From an uncultured Bacillota bacterium (GTDB lineage Bacteria > Sysuimicrobiota > Sysuimicrobiia > Sysuimicrobiales > Segetimicrobiaceae): a stretch of DNA of 64,000 nucleotides. Positions 9,724-19,556 of the stretch are shown piece after piece. Each line of letters starts with the position of its first letter. Position 1 is the first letter of the stretch. Where the stretch lies: NCBI GenBank assembly GCA_963804645.1, contig CAWDRG010000017.1, forward strand, positions 192,001-256,000, given 5' to 3'. Below the pieces are notes generated by a model that was not told the DNA's origin, did no database searches, and was given only the letters and a program-made list of their open reading frames with translations. The translations under genes were made by a program, and so were the position numbers.

Positions 9724-10694
9724 AGGCCGAGCCTCACGCCGACGGCCGCGAGCAGCGCCCCGCAGACCCAAAACCGCACCACGGTCTGCGTCTCGCTCCA
9801 GCCGGCAAGCTCGAAGTGGTGGTGCAGCGGGCTCATGCGGAACAGGCGGCGGCCGCCCGTCAGCTTGAACCAGGCGACCTGCAGCATGACGGAGAGGGCC
9901 TCGGCGACGAACAGCCCGCCGAGGATGAGCATGAGCACCTCGAGCTTGGCGAGGATGCCGGCCACCGCGAGCGCCGCGCCGAGCCCGAGCGAGCCGACGT
10001 CTCCCATAAACACCTGCGCGGGATGGGCGTTGTACCACAGAAAGCCGAACGAGGCGCCGGCCACGGCCGCCGCGACGATCCCCGACGGCAGCGCTCCGCT
10101 GAACGCCGCGATCACCGCGAGCGCACCCGCGGCGATCGCGGTGCCGCCGGCGGCGAGACCGTCCAAACCGTCGGTCAGGTTCACCGCGTTGGCCATCCCG
10201 ACCACGAGCACGGCGCAGAACGCCGGATAGCCCCATCCGAGATCGACCCGCCACGCCGTGGCGGGAATGTCGACCACGGTGCCGAGGCCGGGCGTGAGCG
10301 CCACGTACACGCCGAGCGCGAGGGCCACGGGAATCTGCAGCGCGAACTTCTCCCGGGCCCGGAGCCCGAGATTCCGGCCTCGCGTGATGCCGAGCCGGTC
10401 GTCGAGCGCGCCGATCGCCGCGAAGATCGCGATCACGCCGAGGGCCACCGCGAGCGCGCGCGGCGGGCGTCCGAGCACCGCGGCGACGCCGAGCGCGGCG
10501 GCGAGGGCCGCGCCGATGATCAAGAGGCCCCCCATCGTCGGCGTGCCGGCTTTCGCCGCGTGGCGGCTCGGCGCGTCCTCGCGCACGGTCTGTCCCACGC
10601 CGGCGCGCTGCAGGGCCTCGACCACCGGTGCGCCGGCGGCGAGCACGAGGACGGCCGCGAAGCTCCACGCGGCCACCAGCGGTATCAGGTCCAT
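9720..10694 (-). CDS. mraY: Phospho-N-acetylmuramoyl-pentapeptide transferase MraY
   Basis: KAGTPTMGG, NAVNLTDGLDGLA, VFMGDVGS, PLHHHFE. Confidence 0.98.
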   Translation of the reverse strand: MDLIPLVAAWSFAAVLVLAAGAPVVEALQRAGVGQTVREDAPSRHAAKAGTPTMGGLLIIGAALAAALGVAAVLGRPPRALAVALGVIAIFAAIGALDDRLGITRGRNLGLRAREKFALQIPVALALGVYVALTPGLGTVVDIPATAWRVDLGWGYPAFCAVLVVGMANAVNLTDGLDGLAAGGTAIAAGALAVIAAFSGALPSGIVAAAVAGASFGFLWYNAHPAQVFMGDVGSLGLGAALAVAGILAKLEVLMLILGGLFVAEALSVMLQVAWFKLTGGRRLFRMSPLHHHFELAGWSETQTVVRFWVCGALLAAVGVRLGL

Positions 10695-12127
10695 GCGAGG
10701 CCCCGATCGGACCGCTCGGACGGCACGCCGGCGGCGAGCCCGGCGACGATCCGCTCCATCTCCATCGCCCGCGATCCCTTGACCAGCACCACCGCGCCCG
10801 CGCGCAGCTCGGGCCGCAGCAGCCCGAGCGCCTCGTCCGGGTCCGCGGCGTGTACGACCCGGACCCCGCCGGCCTCGCGCGCGGACCGGGCGAGCTCCTC
10901 CGCGAGCGGGCCGCACGCGATGAGCAGATCGAGCCCGCGCGCCGCGGCCAGACGCCCCACGCGGCGGTGGGCGTCCGCGGATCCCGCGCCCAGCTCGCGC
11001 ATGTCGCCGAGCACGGCGATGCGCGGCGTGCCCGCCAGCTCATCCATCGCATCGAAGGCCGCCTCGACCGACTGCGGGCTGCTGTTGTACGCGTCGTCCA
11101 GGAGCGTGATGCCGGCGAGGCGCCGCACGGCGAGGCGCATCGGCAGCGGGGGCACGCTCCCGAGCCCTTCCACGATCTCTCCCACCGGCACCCCGAGCGC
11201 CCAGCCGATCGCCGCGGCCGCGAGGGCGTTGATCACGGCGTGGCGCCCGAGCTGCCCGAGCGACACCTCGCCGGAGCCCGCCGGGGTCCGGAGGCGAAAC
11301 ACGCGGCCGCCGCCCGGCACCGCGCGGATATCGTCCGCGGTGACATCCCCGCCGCCGAGCCCGAACGTCACGACGCGGGCCGGACCGCGGCCGCGCATCG
11401 CGAGGACGAGCGGATCGTCCGCGTTCAGGATCGCCGTCGCCTCGCGCGCCAGCCCCTCGATCAGCTCGCCCTTCGCCCGGGCCAGTGCCTCCCGGCTTTC
11501 GAAAAAGTCGAGGTGCGACTCGCCGACGTTGGTGACCACGCCGATATCGGGACGGCAGATCTCGACGAGCTCGCGGATCTGTCCCGGACCCCGCATCGCC
11601 AGCTCCACGATCGCGACCTCGGTGTCTCGGGGCAGGTTCGCCAGCACGAGCGGGATCCCGATCTCGGTGTTCCAGTTCTGGGGCGACCGCGCGGTCCGGA
11701 ACGCGCGCCCCGCCACGGCCGCGGCCAGCTCCTTGGTGGACGTCTTGCCGACGCTGCCGGTGATGCCCACGACCCGGACCGGCTGCCGGTCGCGCAGCGC
11801 CCGTCCGATGCGCTGCAGGGCGCGCAGCGTGTCCGCGACGCGGATCACCGCCGCGTCCGGCGGCACGCCGGAGACGTCGCGCGAGACCACCACGGCCGCG
11901 GCCCCCCGGCGGCACGCGTCCGCGGCGAACTGATGGCCGTCGGTCTGCGTCCCGGCCAGCGCCACGAACAGCATCCCGGGAGCGACCGCGCGGCTGTCGA
12001 TCGCGGTCCCGCGCACGAGCGACGCCGGATTGCCCTCGACGAGCACGCCGCCCGCGAGGGCCGCGACCTCCTGCACCGTGACCGCGACGGGCTCGGACCC
12101 GGACGGCGCCGGCCCGGAGACGATCAC
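10685..12127 (-). CDS. murF: UDP-MurNAc-tripeptide--D-Ala-D-Ala ligase MurF
   Basis: AIDSR, GITGSVGKTSTK, NTEIGIP, DDAYNSSP, VLGDMRELG, VLVKGSR. Confidence 0.97.
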   Translation of the reverse strand: MIVSGPAPSGSEPVAVTVQEVAALAGGVLVEGNPASLVRGTAIDSRAVAPGMLFVALAGTQTDGHQFAADACRRGAAAVVVSRDVSGVPPDAAVIRVADTLRALQRIGRALRDRQPVRVVGITGSVGKTSTKELAAAVAGRAFRTARSPQNWNTEIGIPLVLANLPRDTEVAIVELAMRGPGQIRELVEICRPDIGVVTNVGESHLDFFESREALARAKGELIEGLAREATAILNADDPLVLAMRGRGPARVVTFGLGGGDVTADDIRAVPGGGRVFRLRTPAGSGEVSLGQLGRHAVINALAAAAIGWALGVPVGEIVEGLGSVPPLPMRLAVRRLAGITLLDDAYNSSPQSVEAAFDAMDELAGTPRIAVLGDMRELGAGSADAHRRVGRLAAARGLDLLIACGPLAEELARSAREAGGVRVVHAADPDEALGLLRPELRAGAVVLVKGSRAMEMERIVAGLAAGVPSERSDRGLAWT

Positions 12128-13620
12128 GCGATCTCCTTCGCGCCGCGCCGCTGCGCCCGCAGCACCTCGCGCGCGACCTCGCGGTCGTCGAACGCGATCG
12201 TACGGTCTCGAAGGATCTGGTACGGTTCGTGCCCCTTGCCGGCGATCACCACGACGTCCCCGGGCCGGGCGAGGGCGAGCGCCCGCACGATCGCGCGGCG
12301 CCGGTCCGGCTCGGTCTCGAAGTTGCTCCGCGCGGACGCGCCGGCCTCGATCTCGCGGAGGATCGCCTCGGGCTCCTCGCTCCGCGGATTGTCGGAGGTG
12401 AACACGGCATGGTCCGCAAGCTCCACCCCGAGGCGCCCCATGATCGGCCGCTTCGTCCGGTCGCGATCGCCGCCGCAGCCGAACACGGCGAGGACGCGCG
12501 CCGTGGACACTTCGCGCGCCAGCCGGAGCACCTTCTCGAGCCCGTCGGGCGTGTGCGCATAGTCCACGAGCACCGCGAACGGCTGGCCCTCGTCGATGAG
12601 CTCGCACCGCCCGGGCACGCCGGGGGCCGCGGCCAGCGCCGCGCACACAAGGTCCGGCGTGATCCCGCGGGCCAGCGCGACCGCCGCGGCGGCCAGCGCG
12701 TTGGACAAATTGAACCGACCCGGCAGCGGCAGCGCGAGCGGCGTACGGCCCGCCGGGGAAGCAAGGACGCACCGCGTCCCCCGCGGCCCGAACTCCGTCC
12801 CCTCCGCCCGGACGTCCGCCGGGGCGTCGATCCCGTACGTCCACACCGGCGCCCGGCTGTGCCGGGCGATCTCCGCGCTGCTCGGATCGTCAGCGTTGAC
12901 GACGGCCACCCCGTCCGGGGACACCCGCGCAAAGAGCCGCGCCTTGGCCGCGCGGTACGTCGCGAGATCACCGTGGAAATCCAGGTGGTCCTGCGTCAGG
13001 TTCGTGAAGACGGCCGCCGCAAATCGGCACGCGTCGACGCGGTGCAGCGCGAGCGCGTGCGAGGTGACTTCCATGACAACGTCGCGCGCGCCCCCGGCCA
13101 GCATCTCGGCGAGCAGGCGCTGCACGTCGGGCGACTCCGGCGTTGTCGACGTGGTCGACTCGAACGCGACCGCGGCGCCGTCGAGTCGAACGCCGAGCGT
13201 GCCGATCAGACCCGGACGGCCGCCGGCGCGCGCGAGGATCCCCTCGAGCAGATGCGTGGTGGTGGTCTTGCCGTTGGTGCCGGTGACGCCGCACACCCAC
13301 AGGGACGCCGACGGATCGCCATAGAACGCCGCGGCGATCGGCGCGAGCGCGCGCCGCGTGTCGGCCACGACGATCTGCGCCGCGGCCAGCTCCGGCAGCG
13401 CGTGATCGACCAGCAGCGCCGCGGCCCCGCGGCGCACCGCGTCGGCCGCGTATCGATGTCCGTCCTGGGCGTAGCCGCGGATCGCCGCGAACAAATCGCC
13501 GGGCCGTACGTGCGCCGAATGATAGGTGAGCCCTGTCACGTCGCGATCCGGGGCACCCACCAACGACGGTGCACCCACCCCGGACGCCGGGAGCACCGCC
13601 AGCAGGTCCGCTACCCGCAT
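12124..13620 (-). CDS. murE: UDP-MurNAc-L-Ala-D-Glu--2,6-diaminopimelate ligase MurE
   Basis: GVTGTNGKTTT, TTPE, TNLTQDHLDFH, DYAHTPDG, FGCGGDRD and the DNPR motif associated with meso-DAP specificity. Confidence 0.98.
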   Translation of the reverse strand: MRVADLLAVLPASGVGAPSLVGAPDRDVTGLTYHSAHVRPGDLFAAIRGYAQDGHRYAADAVRRGAAALLVDHALPELAAAQIVVADTRRALAPIAAAFYGDPSASLWVCGVTGTNGKTTTTHLLEGILARAGGRPGLIGTLGVRLDGAAVAFESTTSTTPESPDVQRLLAEMLAGGARDVVMEVTSHALALHRVDACRFAAAVFTNLTQDHLDFHGDLATYRAAKARLFARVSPDGVAVVNADDPSSAEIARHSRAPVWTYGIDAPADVRAEGTEFGPRGTRCVLASPAGRTPLALPLPGRFNLSNALAAAAVALARGITPDLVCAALAAAPGVPGRCELIDEGQPFAVLVDYAHTPDGLEKVLRLAREVSTARVLAVFGCGGDRDRTKRPIMGRLGVELADHAVFTSDNPRSEEPEAILREIEAGASARSNFETEPDRRRAIVRALALARPGDVVVIAGKGHEPYQILRDRTIAFDDREVAREVLRAQRRGAKEIA

Positions 13621-13680
13621 GCACTCGCCTCCGACCGGGGCCCCGAGTCAGACGCAGACCGACCCGACTGCCCGAATTCC

Positions 13681-13689
13681 ACTATAGCA
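13681..13689 (-). promoter_or_regulatory. Putative internal extended -10 promoter (TG-C-TATAGT) for murE and downstream genes
   Basis: Minus strand reads TGCTATAGT in the roughly 100 bp ftsI-murE gap. Confidence 0.55.
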
Positions 13690-13722
13690 GGCGCGCGGAC
13701 GGCCCGATAGCGCGCGGGCACG

Positions 13723-15528
13723 TCATCGCGCGGGCTGGCCCGCGGGGCCGGCCGACGGCGCCGGCGGCCCGGGCGGCGCGGCGGCGGAGTCGGCCGCGGG
13801 AATCGTCGGCGGAATCTGCAGGTACCAGAGCGCCTGCCGGCCGATCTCGCGGAACACGGGCGCCGCGACGTCGCCGCCGTAGTAGAGCCCCTGCGGGTGG
13901 TCGATGACCACCAGGATGGCCAAGCGCGGGGCGATCGCCGGCACCACGCCGACAAACGACGCGATGTAGCCGCCCGACTCGTATCCGCCGTTCGGGCTCG
14001 GCTTCTGCGCGGTCCCGGTTTTGCCGGCCACGGTGAACCCGGGGATCTGGGCCTTCACGCCGGTCCCGCCGTCGGAGATGACTCCGCGCATCATGGCGAG
14101 CACCTGGTCGGCGACGGCCGCGGGCACCACGCGGTGGGGCGCGTCGGCCGCGGGCGCGTCGACCGGATGGCCGGCCGCATCGCGGATCTCGCCGAGCAGG
14201 TGCGGCCGTACCTCCATCCCGCCGGTCGTCAACGACGAGGCCGCCACCAGCAACTGCAGCGGGGTGACGGAGATGCCCTGGCCGAACCCGATGTTCTGCA
14301 GGGTGGGCCCGAACCACTGGCTGATCGGCCTAATGAGTCCCGACGCTTCGCCCGGCAGGTCGATCCCGGTCGGACGCCCGAACCCGAACCGGTGAATGTA
14401 GTCCGCGTACGTGGCCTTCCCGACGCGGGTCGCGACCTGCACCGCGCCCACGTTGCTCGAGTACTTGATGATGTCCGCGAGGCTCAGCGACGCGAAGTGC
14501 TCGGTTGTCTCCGCGTCGTGAATCGTCACACCGTTGATGCGGATCTGCCCGGGATCCGTCACCCGATCGTCGGGCGTGAACGTGCCGCTCTCGGTCGCCG
14601 CGGCCGCGAGGATCAGCTTGAACGTCGACCCCGGCTCGTACAGCGCCGAGACCGCCGCGTTGTTCCACAGCGCCGGCGGCGCCTTCTGGTACGCGTTGGG
14701 GTCGAAGGTCGGCGTCGTCGCGATCGCGAGAATCGCGCCGGTGGCGGGATCCATGACGATCGCGACGCCGCCGAGCGCGTGTGCCTGCGCGACCGCGTGC
14801 GTGAGCTCGCGCTCGGCGATGTGCTGGATCACTTCGTCGAGCGTCAGCACCAGCGTGTCGCCGTCGCGCGGCGGGGTGAGGATCTGCAGCGTCTGCATCA
14901 GCTCGCGGCCGATCGCATCGCGGTTCGCGGTCCCGACGCCGCTGGCGCCGCGCAGGAGCGCGTCGTACCGCAGTTCGAGCCCCGCGAGTCCCGCATCGTC
15001 GGTGCCGGTGAAGCCGACCACGCTCGCGGCGAGCGGGCCGTTCGGGTAGTCGCGCTGGGCCTCCGGGACGACGCCAATCGCGCTGCCGTACCCGAGCGCG
15101 GCGAGCGCCTGCGCGACCGCGACCGGCTGCCGCCGGGCGAGCCACGCGAAGTACCGGCCGCCGCGCCCAAGCCGCGCGGTGATCTCCGCGGGGGGGAGAC
15201 CCAGCACCGGCGCGACACGCTGCGCAAACTCGGCCGGATCCGTGATCGCCTGCGGCACCGCGTAGATGGAGTCGACGTCGACGTTGATGGCGAGCGGACG
15301 GCCGACGCGGTCGAGGATCACGCCGCGGCGGCCGGGAATCTGCACGGTTTCGAGCTGCTGGCGGAGCGCGAGGCGCTCCAGCGTCCGGGCGCGCACCACC
15401 TGCAGATCGACCATGCGCGCGAACAGGCCGACGCACGCCAGGATCCAGACCACCAGCAGCGCAACCAGCCGGCCGGGAGTCGCGCCGGCCCGCGGCACCG
15501 CGTGAAGCCGCCCGTGCCTGGGCGTCAT
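13723..15528 (-). CDS. ftsI: Class B penicillin-binding protein (FtsI/SpoVD family)
   Basis: N-terminal TM, RGVILDR, YEPGSTFK (SxxK), SSN (SxN), GKTGTAQK (KTG); dcw position. Confidence 0.95.
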   Translation of the reverse strand: MTPRHGRLHAVPRAGATPGRLVALLVVWILACVGLFARMVDLQVVRARTLERLALRQQLETVQIPGRRGVILDRVGRPLAINVDVDSIYAVPQAITDPAEFAQRVAPVLGLPPAEITARLGRGGRYFAWLARRQPVAVAQALAALGYGSAIGVVPEAQRDYPNGPLAASVVGFTGTDDAGLAGLELRYDALLRGASGVGTANRDAIGRELMQTLQILTPPRDGDTLVLTLDEVIQHIAERELTHAVAQAHALGGVAIVMDPATGAILAIATTPTFDPNAYQKAPPALWNNAAVSALYEPGSTFKLILAAAATESGTFTPDDRVTDPGQIRINGVTIHDAETTEHFASLSLADIIKYSSNVGAVQVATRVGKATYADYIHRFGFGRPTGIDLPGEASGLIRPISQWFGPTLQNIGFGQGISVTPLQLLVAASSLTTGGMEVRPHLLGEIRDAAGHPVDAPAADAPHRVVPAAVADQVLAMMRGVISDGGTGVKAQIPGFTVAGKTGTAQKPSPNGGYESGGYIASFVGVVPAIAPRLAILVVIDHPQGLYYGGDVAAPVFREIGRQALWYLQIPPTIPAADSAAAPPGPPAPSAGPAGQPAR

Positions 15529-15992
15529 CGCGTCAGCGGTGCGGCTGCCGCCTCATTCCGGTGGAGGTACGCGTCGAGACGCTGCCACAGCCCAGACGGA
15601 CCGCGGGCGTCGTCCGCGGTCCCGAGGTCGGACACCGACAGCGACGCGATCTGGCCCGCGCCCGGGGGGCGCAGCCCGAGCCGCGTCGTCGCCAGCCGTT
15701 CAATACGATCTGGAGCCCTGAGGGAGGAGGCGATGGCCTGGAGGCGTTCGTGGTCCGTCTGTAGTGCCGCGATGTCCTGCGAGTCCTGGAGGATGTGGTA
15801 GCCGATGTGTGCTGCGTTGGATACAGCTGCGACGTATGCGACGAGTGGTAGTATGGCGAGTGCTGCGATCGTGAGTGCCGCGATCATGGGATATGGCCTC
15901 CGCCGACGCCGGATCGCCTCCCTCCCTTCAGGGCCCCAATGCGCAGGAATCAGCACCGGGCACGCCGATTGGCCTTGCCGAGCCGCCAACAT
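15525..15992 (-). CDS. ftsL: Cell division protein FtsL-like
   Basis: Short bitopic protein with a TM segment, a coiled coil and LRAPDRIERLATTRLGL, lying between rsmH and ftsI. Confidence 0.8.
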   Translation of the reverse strand: MLAARQGQSACPVLIPAHWGPEGREAIRRRRRPYPMIAALTIAALAILPLVAYVAAVSNAAHIGYHILQDSQDIAALQTDHERLQAIASSLRAPDRIERLATTRLGLRPPGAGQIASLSVSDLGTADDARGPSGLWQRLDAYLHRNEAAAAPLTR

Positions 15993-16966
15993 CAGTGGGT
16001 CTCTCCCCCGCGCGGCCGCCGGCCCGAGCGCGCGGCCGGGGCCGCGTCCTCGAGCCGCTCCGCCGCGCGCAGCCGCGCGCTGCGCGCCCGGGGATTCTGG
16101 CGCACCTCCGCGGCCGATGCGGTGACGGGCTTCTTGGTCAGCACGCGCAAGAGGCGCTGGCCGCCGCACCCGCACACCGGCAGGTCCGGCGGGCACGTGC
16201 AGCCCTTGGAGAAGCGGGCGAGCGTCTGCTTGACGATGCGGTCCTCGAGCGAGTGAAAGGCGATCACGCACAGCCGACCGCCCGGGCGCAGCCGGCGAAT
16301 CGCCTGCGGCAGTCCGGCCTCGAGCTCGCCCATCTCGTCGTTGGTCGCGATGCGAATCGCTTGAAACGTCCGGGTCGCCGGGTGCAGGCGCCCGCGCGAC
16401 CCGCCGAGCGCCGCCTCGACGGCCTGCACGAGATCCCGCGTGGTCCGCAGCGGCCGCCGCGTCACGATCTGCCGGGCGATCCTCCGCGACGCGCGCTCTT
16501 CCCCGTACCGGTAGATCAGATCGGCGAGGTCGCGCTCGCGCAGCGTGTTCACGAGATCGGCGGCGGTCAGGTCCTGCCCGCGGTCCATACGCATGTCGAG
16601 CGGGCCGGCGCGGTCGAAGCTGAACCCGCGCGAGGGCTCGAGGAGCTGCCGCGTCGAGACGCCGATATCGAGCAAGATGCCGTCGACCGTCCCCACCCCC
16701 AGGGCGTCGAGCGCCCCGTCCAGATCGCCAAAGCTCGCCTGCTGCAACGTCACGTTGCGGCCGAACGGACGCAGCCGCTCCTCCGCGTGCGCGATCGCGT
16801 CCCCGTCCCGGTCCAGTCCGATCAACCGGCCCGCGGGCGCGATCCGGCGCAGCACCGCTTCGGCGTGCCCGCCGTCTCCCACCGTTGCGTCCACGATCAC
16901 CGCCCCCTCGCGGGGCGCGAGATACGTCATCACTTCATCGACCAGAACCGGCACATGCGTCGACAT
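15992..16966 (-). CDS. rsmH: 16S rRNA (cytosine1402-N4)-methyltransferase RsmH
   Basis: HVPVL, DATVGDGGH, GPLDMRMD, HPATRTFQAIRI, FHSLEDRIVK, NPRARSARLR. Confidence 0.98.
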   Translation of the reverse strand: MSTHVPVLVDEVMTYLAPREGAVIVDATVGDGGHAEAVLRRIAPAGRLIGLDRDGDAIAHAEERLRPFGRNVTLQQASFGDLDGALDALGVGTVDGILLDIGVSTRQLLEPSRGFSFDRAGPLDMRMDRGQDLTAADLVNTLRERDLADLIYRYGEERASRRIARQIVTRRPLRTTRDLVQAVEAALGGSRGRLHPATRTFQAIRIATNDEMGELEAGLPQAIRRLRPGGRLCVIAFHSLEDRIVKQTLARFSKGCTCPPDLPVCGCGGQRLLRVLTKKPVTASAAEVRQNPRARSARLRAAERLEDAAPAARSGRRPRGGETH

Positions 16967-17032
16967 CCCGGGGGACTCCACCGCCGCGCTCGCCTGACAA
17001 GACGCCACTCGCGCCTCGCCCCTCCGCCATCG

Positions 17033-17455
17033 CTACAGGATCAAACCCTGGAGCTGATCCGCCAGCAACTCCGGCGCTTTCCGCGCCTTCTGGAGGCGGC
17101 GGCGCCACTGCGGCGTGTGCCAGAGCTCCAGGTGCGATCCCGCCCCAATGATCGTGACGCTCCGCGTGATCGCGGCGTGCTCGCGCAGGTGCGGCGCGAG
17201 CGGGATCCGGCCCTGCCGATCGAGATCGCAATCTTCCGCGCCCGACAGCAGCAGGCGCACGATGTCGCGCTGTCCGGCCGGCATCGCGCGCAACCGCTCC
17301 TCAAGCGTCTGCCACTCGATCGGGGAGAACGCGGCGAGGCACGGATCGATCCACCGCGTGACGATGATGCGATCGCCCATCGTCGCCCGGAATTTGGGAG
17401 GGATCACCACCCGCCCTTTGTCGTCGAGCGCGTACTGCGCCTCGCCTCTGAGCAT
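17033..17455 (-). CDS. mraZ: Transcriptional repressor MraZ
   Basis: LDDKGRVVIPPKFR and DRQGRI (two DxxxR repeats), HLELW; first gene of the dcw cluster. Confidence 0.97.
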   Translation of the reverse strand: MLRGEAQYALDDKGRVVIPPKFRATMGDRIIVTRWIDPCLAAFSPIEWQTLEERLRAMPAGQRDIVRLLLSGAEDCDLDRQGRIPLAPHLREHAAITRSVTIIGAGSHLELWHTPQWRRRLQKARKAPELLADQLQGLIL

Positions 17456-17477
17456 GTGTCCTCAACGTGCACGCATC

Positions 17478-17523
17478 TCCCACCGTTCCCTATGAATCCC
17501 CACTATTCTCCACATGCCCCCAA
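17478..17523 (-). promoter_or_regulatory. MraZ-binding repeat array (five boxes, exact 10-bp period)
   Basis: Minus strand boxes TTGGGG, GTGGAG, GTGGGG, ATAGGG, GTGGGA, each 10 bp apart, directly upstream of mraZ. They resemble known GTGG-type MraZ operators. Confidence 0.8.
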
Positions 17524-17550
17524 TCTCCTTCCCCTAGACTCACGCCGGCA

Positions 17551-17580
17551 AAATAAAAACGGGCCGCGCCGCCCGGCCCG
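17551..17580 (-). terminator. Rho-independent terminator insulating the dcw promoter
   Basis: Minus strand CGGGCCG-ggcggcg-CGGCCCG stem-loop followed by TTTTTATTT. Confidence 0.8.
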
Positions 17581-17610
17581 AATATCAGCGCACACACGTT
17601 CGCCTCTCTG

Positions 17611-18143
17611 CTACGCGGCGCCCCTCGCCGTGGTCGACTGCACGAATCCCGCGAGCCCGATCGCGAGCAGCACGTCCCCGACGCTCAGGATCAGGGCGAG
17701 CTGCCCGGCATGGACGAAGAGTCGATCGCCGAGCCACCCGAGGTGGGTGCCGGGCCCCGCGAGGACGTGTCGCGGATCCGTGCCGGCGAGCAACGAGCCC
17801 GGAACCGGCCGACCCATCCGCTCGAACAGCGACGGCGACACGGGCATGCGGCCCCCATTCGCCGCGATCACCGCGCCGTTGAGCACGGCGCCGACGAACA
17901 GCACGGGGAGCCACGGCCGATCGCGATTCCGCCACAGCATCACGCACACGGCCGCGTACCCCGCCGCCGCGAGCGCCGGCGCGGCTGCGGGGAACCCCAC
18001 CGGATCTCGGCCGCGGCCACCAGCACGATGCCGACCACCAGCAGCGGAAGCGTCCGGAGAGAAACCTGGGCGAGCCCCTGAAGCCGTCCGCCCCGCGCGA
18101 GGCCGATCGCGAGGCCGACCAGCGCGGCGACGAGCAGGATCAG
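17611..18143 (-). pseudogene. DUF5317-family membrane protein with a frameshift near 17995 (possible assembly error)
   Basis: C-terminal part has LNGAVIAANGGRMPV, WLGD, SVGDVLL. The N-terminal part (LILLVAALVGLAIGLARGGRLQGL) is in another frame, and one extra G in the G4 run at 17995-17998 joins them. Apparent CTG start overlaps the upstream TGA. Confidence 0.65.
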
Positions 18144-18406
18144 TACAAGACCTCGCGGGCGCCGGTCTTGTGCCGCACGACGACCACATCCGCGTTCTCT
18201 TGCAGGCGGCGCACGGCGTCGCTGATCACCGGTACCTCGACGGACCGGAAGGTGAACTCGCCTCCCGCGGGAAGCGCTTCTTCAAAGGCGTTGCCGCACG
18301 CGGTGCAGTAGTAGCCGCGCTCCGGCACAAAGGAGCCTTTGACGTGCAACCAGCGGATCGTGACGTGACTCACGATCGACTTGCGGCCGCAGTGCGGACA
18401 CCGCAT
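18140..18406 (-). CDS. Small hypothetical zinc-ribbon-like protein
   Basis: CPHCG...CTACG paired CxxC motifs; GAGGTGGGG RBS before the ATG at 18406. Confidence 0.7.
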   Translation of the reverse strand: MRCPHCGRKSIVSHVTIRWLHVKGSFVPERGYYCTACGNAFEEALPAGGEFTFRSVEVPVISDAVRRLQENADVVVVRHKTGAREVLY

Positions 18407-18560
18407 CGACAACCCCACCTCACGTGATGCTCGTCGTTATCCCGGCCGCGCGCGCCCGCCGACTCTCGCCGAGGCGCCGCCCGCGTCTTCTGGCACGGCC
18501 GAGTCGGCGGTTCCAGCCCGCCGCGGCCTCTTCCTGCCCCGACCACACCAACCCCCGGCG

Positions 18561-19556
18561 TCAGCCGGACGTCCCGGACGGCGAACTCCCCGCCGCGGGG
18601 GCCGGCGCCGCGGTCGCCGCGGGCGCGACGCCGATCACCTGAACGGCCTGCGGCAGCGCCGCGGCCACGACCGCCGGGTCCGGCGGTTGCGGCGGCTGCC
18701 CGGTCAGGCGCAGGTTCACGAGCCGGCCGAGAAAATCGAACCAAAACGGCGCGCCGAGCGACACGGCGGCCGCCGTGAACAACAGCCCCAGCAGCTTCGA
18801 GAGAATCCCGGCAACATCCGTCGGCACGGCGCGGGGATCCGTGCCGGTGTGCGCCAGTGACCAGCCGATCGGCAGCTGCAGGGCGACCAGGTCGGCTTCC
18901 GCTTGCGTCTCCGACGGCGGCGTGGGTTGGGCCCCGGGCGCCGGCGGCTGAACGGCGGTCTGGGCGGCCGACGCCACGCGGGCCACCAGCGCCGGATCCT
19001 GTGCGAGCCGGTTGGCGAACGTGAGGGTGTCGGCGTTCAGGACGACCGTGATCACGGCGGCGAGCACGAAAATGATCACCTGCACGCGGCGCTTGTACAC
19101 GCCGGAGGCGCGGTCCATCGCGTCATGAAACCACAGCTCGACCGAGCGCCGCAGGCCCTGCGGCGCGTTGCCGACCTGGTTGAGCATCGCCTGGAGCGCC
19201 CCCCGGATCTTCGCGTTGGGAATCGCGTCCACCCGCGCGCGCACCGCCGCGGCGGCCGCCGGTCCGGTCGCCACGTCCGCGATGTGCAGCACGTCGAGCA
19301 GCGTCGTCGCAAACACGCGCGCCGGAATGTACGACGGCAGGCGGCTGCTTCCCGACAATCCCTGGACAAGCGGGTGCGCATAGATCGCGTCCACGGTGGA
19401 ATCGTCGAGTAAATTGCGGAGCGCGGCGCTGAGCGTCGAGCCTCGCAGCGCCAGCAGGCCGGCCAGCCATTCGTTCGCGGCGCTGCACACCGTGCTTAAC
19501 AGCAGATACAAGAACGCCAGGCCGATCGCAACCTCGAGGACCACCGACCCAAACAT
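18561..19556 (-). CDS. Conserved hypothetical membrane protein
   Basis: RBS GGGAGGGG. N-terminal TM (LEVAIGLAFLYLLLS) and motifs LPSYIP, WFHDAMDRASGVYKR, LGAPFWFD that I recognise from an uncharacterised family. Confidence 0.85.
   Translation of the reverse strand: MFGSVVLEVAIGLAFLYLLLSTVCSAANEWLAGLLALRGSTLSAALRNLLDDSTVDAIYAHPLVQGLSGSSRLPSYIPARVFATTLLDVLHIADVATGPAAAAAVRARVDAIPNAKIRGALQAMLNQVGNAPQGLRRSVELWFHDAMDRASGVYKRRVQVIIFVLAAVITVVLNADTLTFANRLAQDPALVARVASAAQTAVQPPAPGAQPTPPSETQAEADLVALQLPIGWSLAHTGTDPRAVPTDVAGILSKLLGLLFTAAAVSLGAPFWFDFLGRLVNLRLTGQPPQPPDPAVVAAALPQAVQVIGVAPAATAAPAPAAGSSPSGTSG

Noticed and set aside
4519..12844. Apparent giant N-terminal extensions or fusions of murC, murG, murD and murF in the ORF track
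   Set aside because: The extensions are off-frame read-through of the upstream gene; the true starts lie at or near overlaps with the upstream stop codons.
92..17500. Many long plus-strand ORFs opposite the dcw genes (e.g. 9816-11933, 15875-18427)
   Set aside because: Antisense shadows of real genes, caused by stop-codon scarcity at high GC; low-complexity Arg/Ala/Pro/Ser translations with no motifs.
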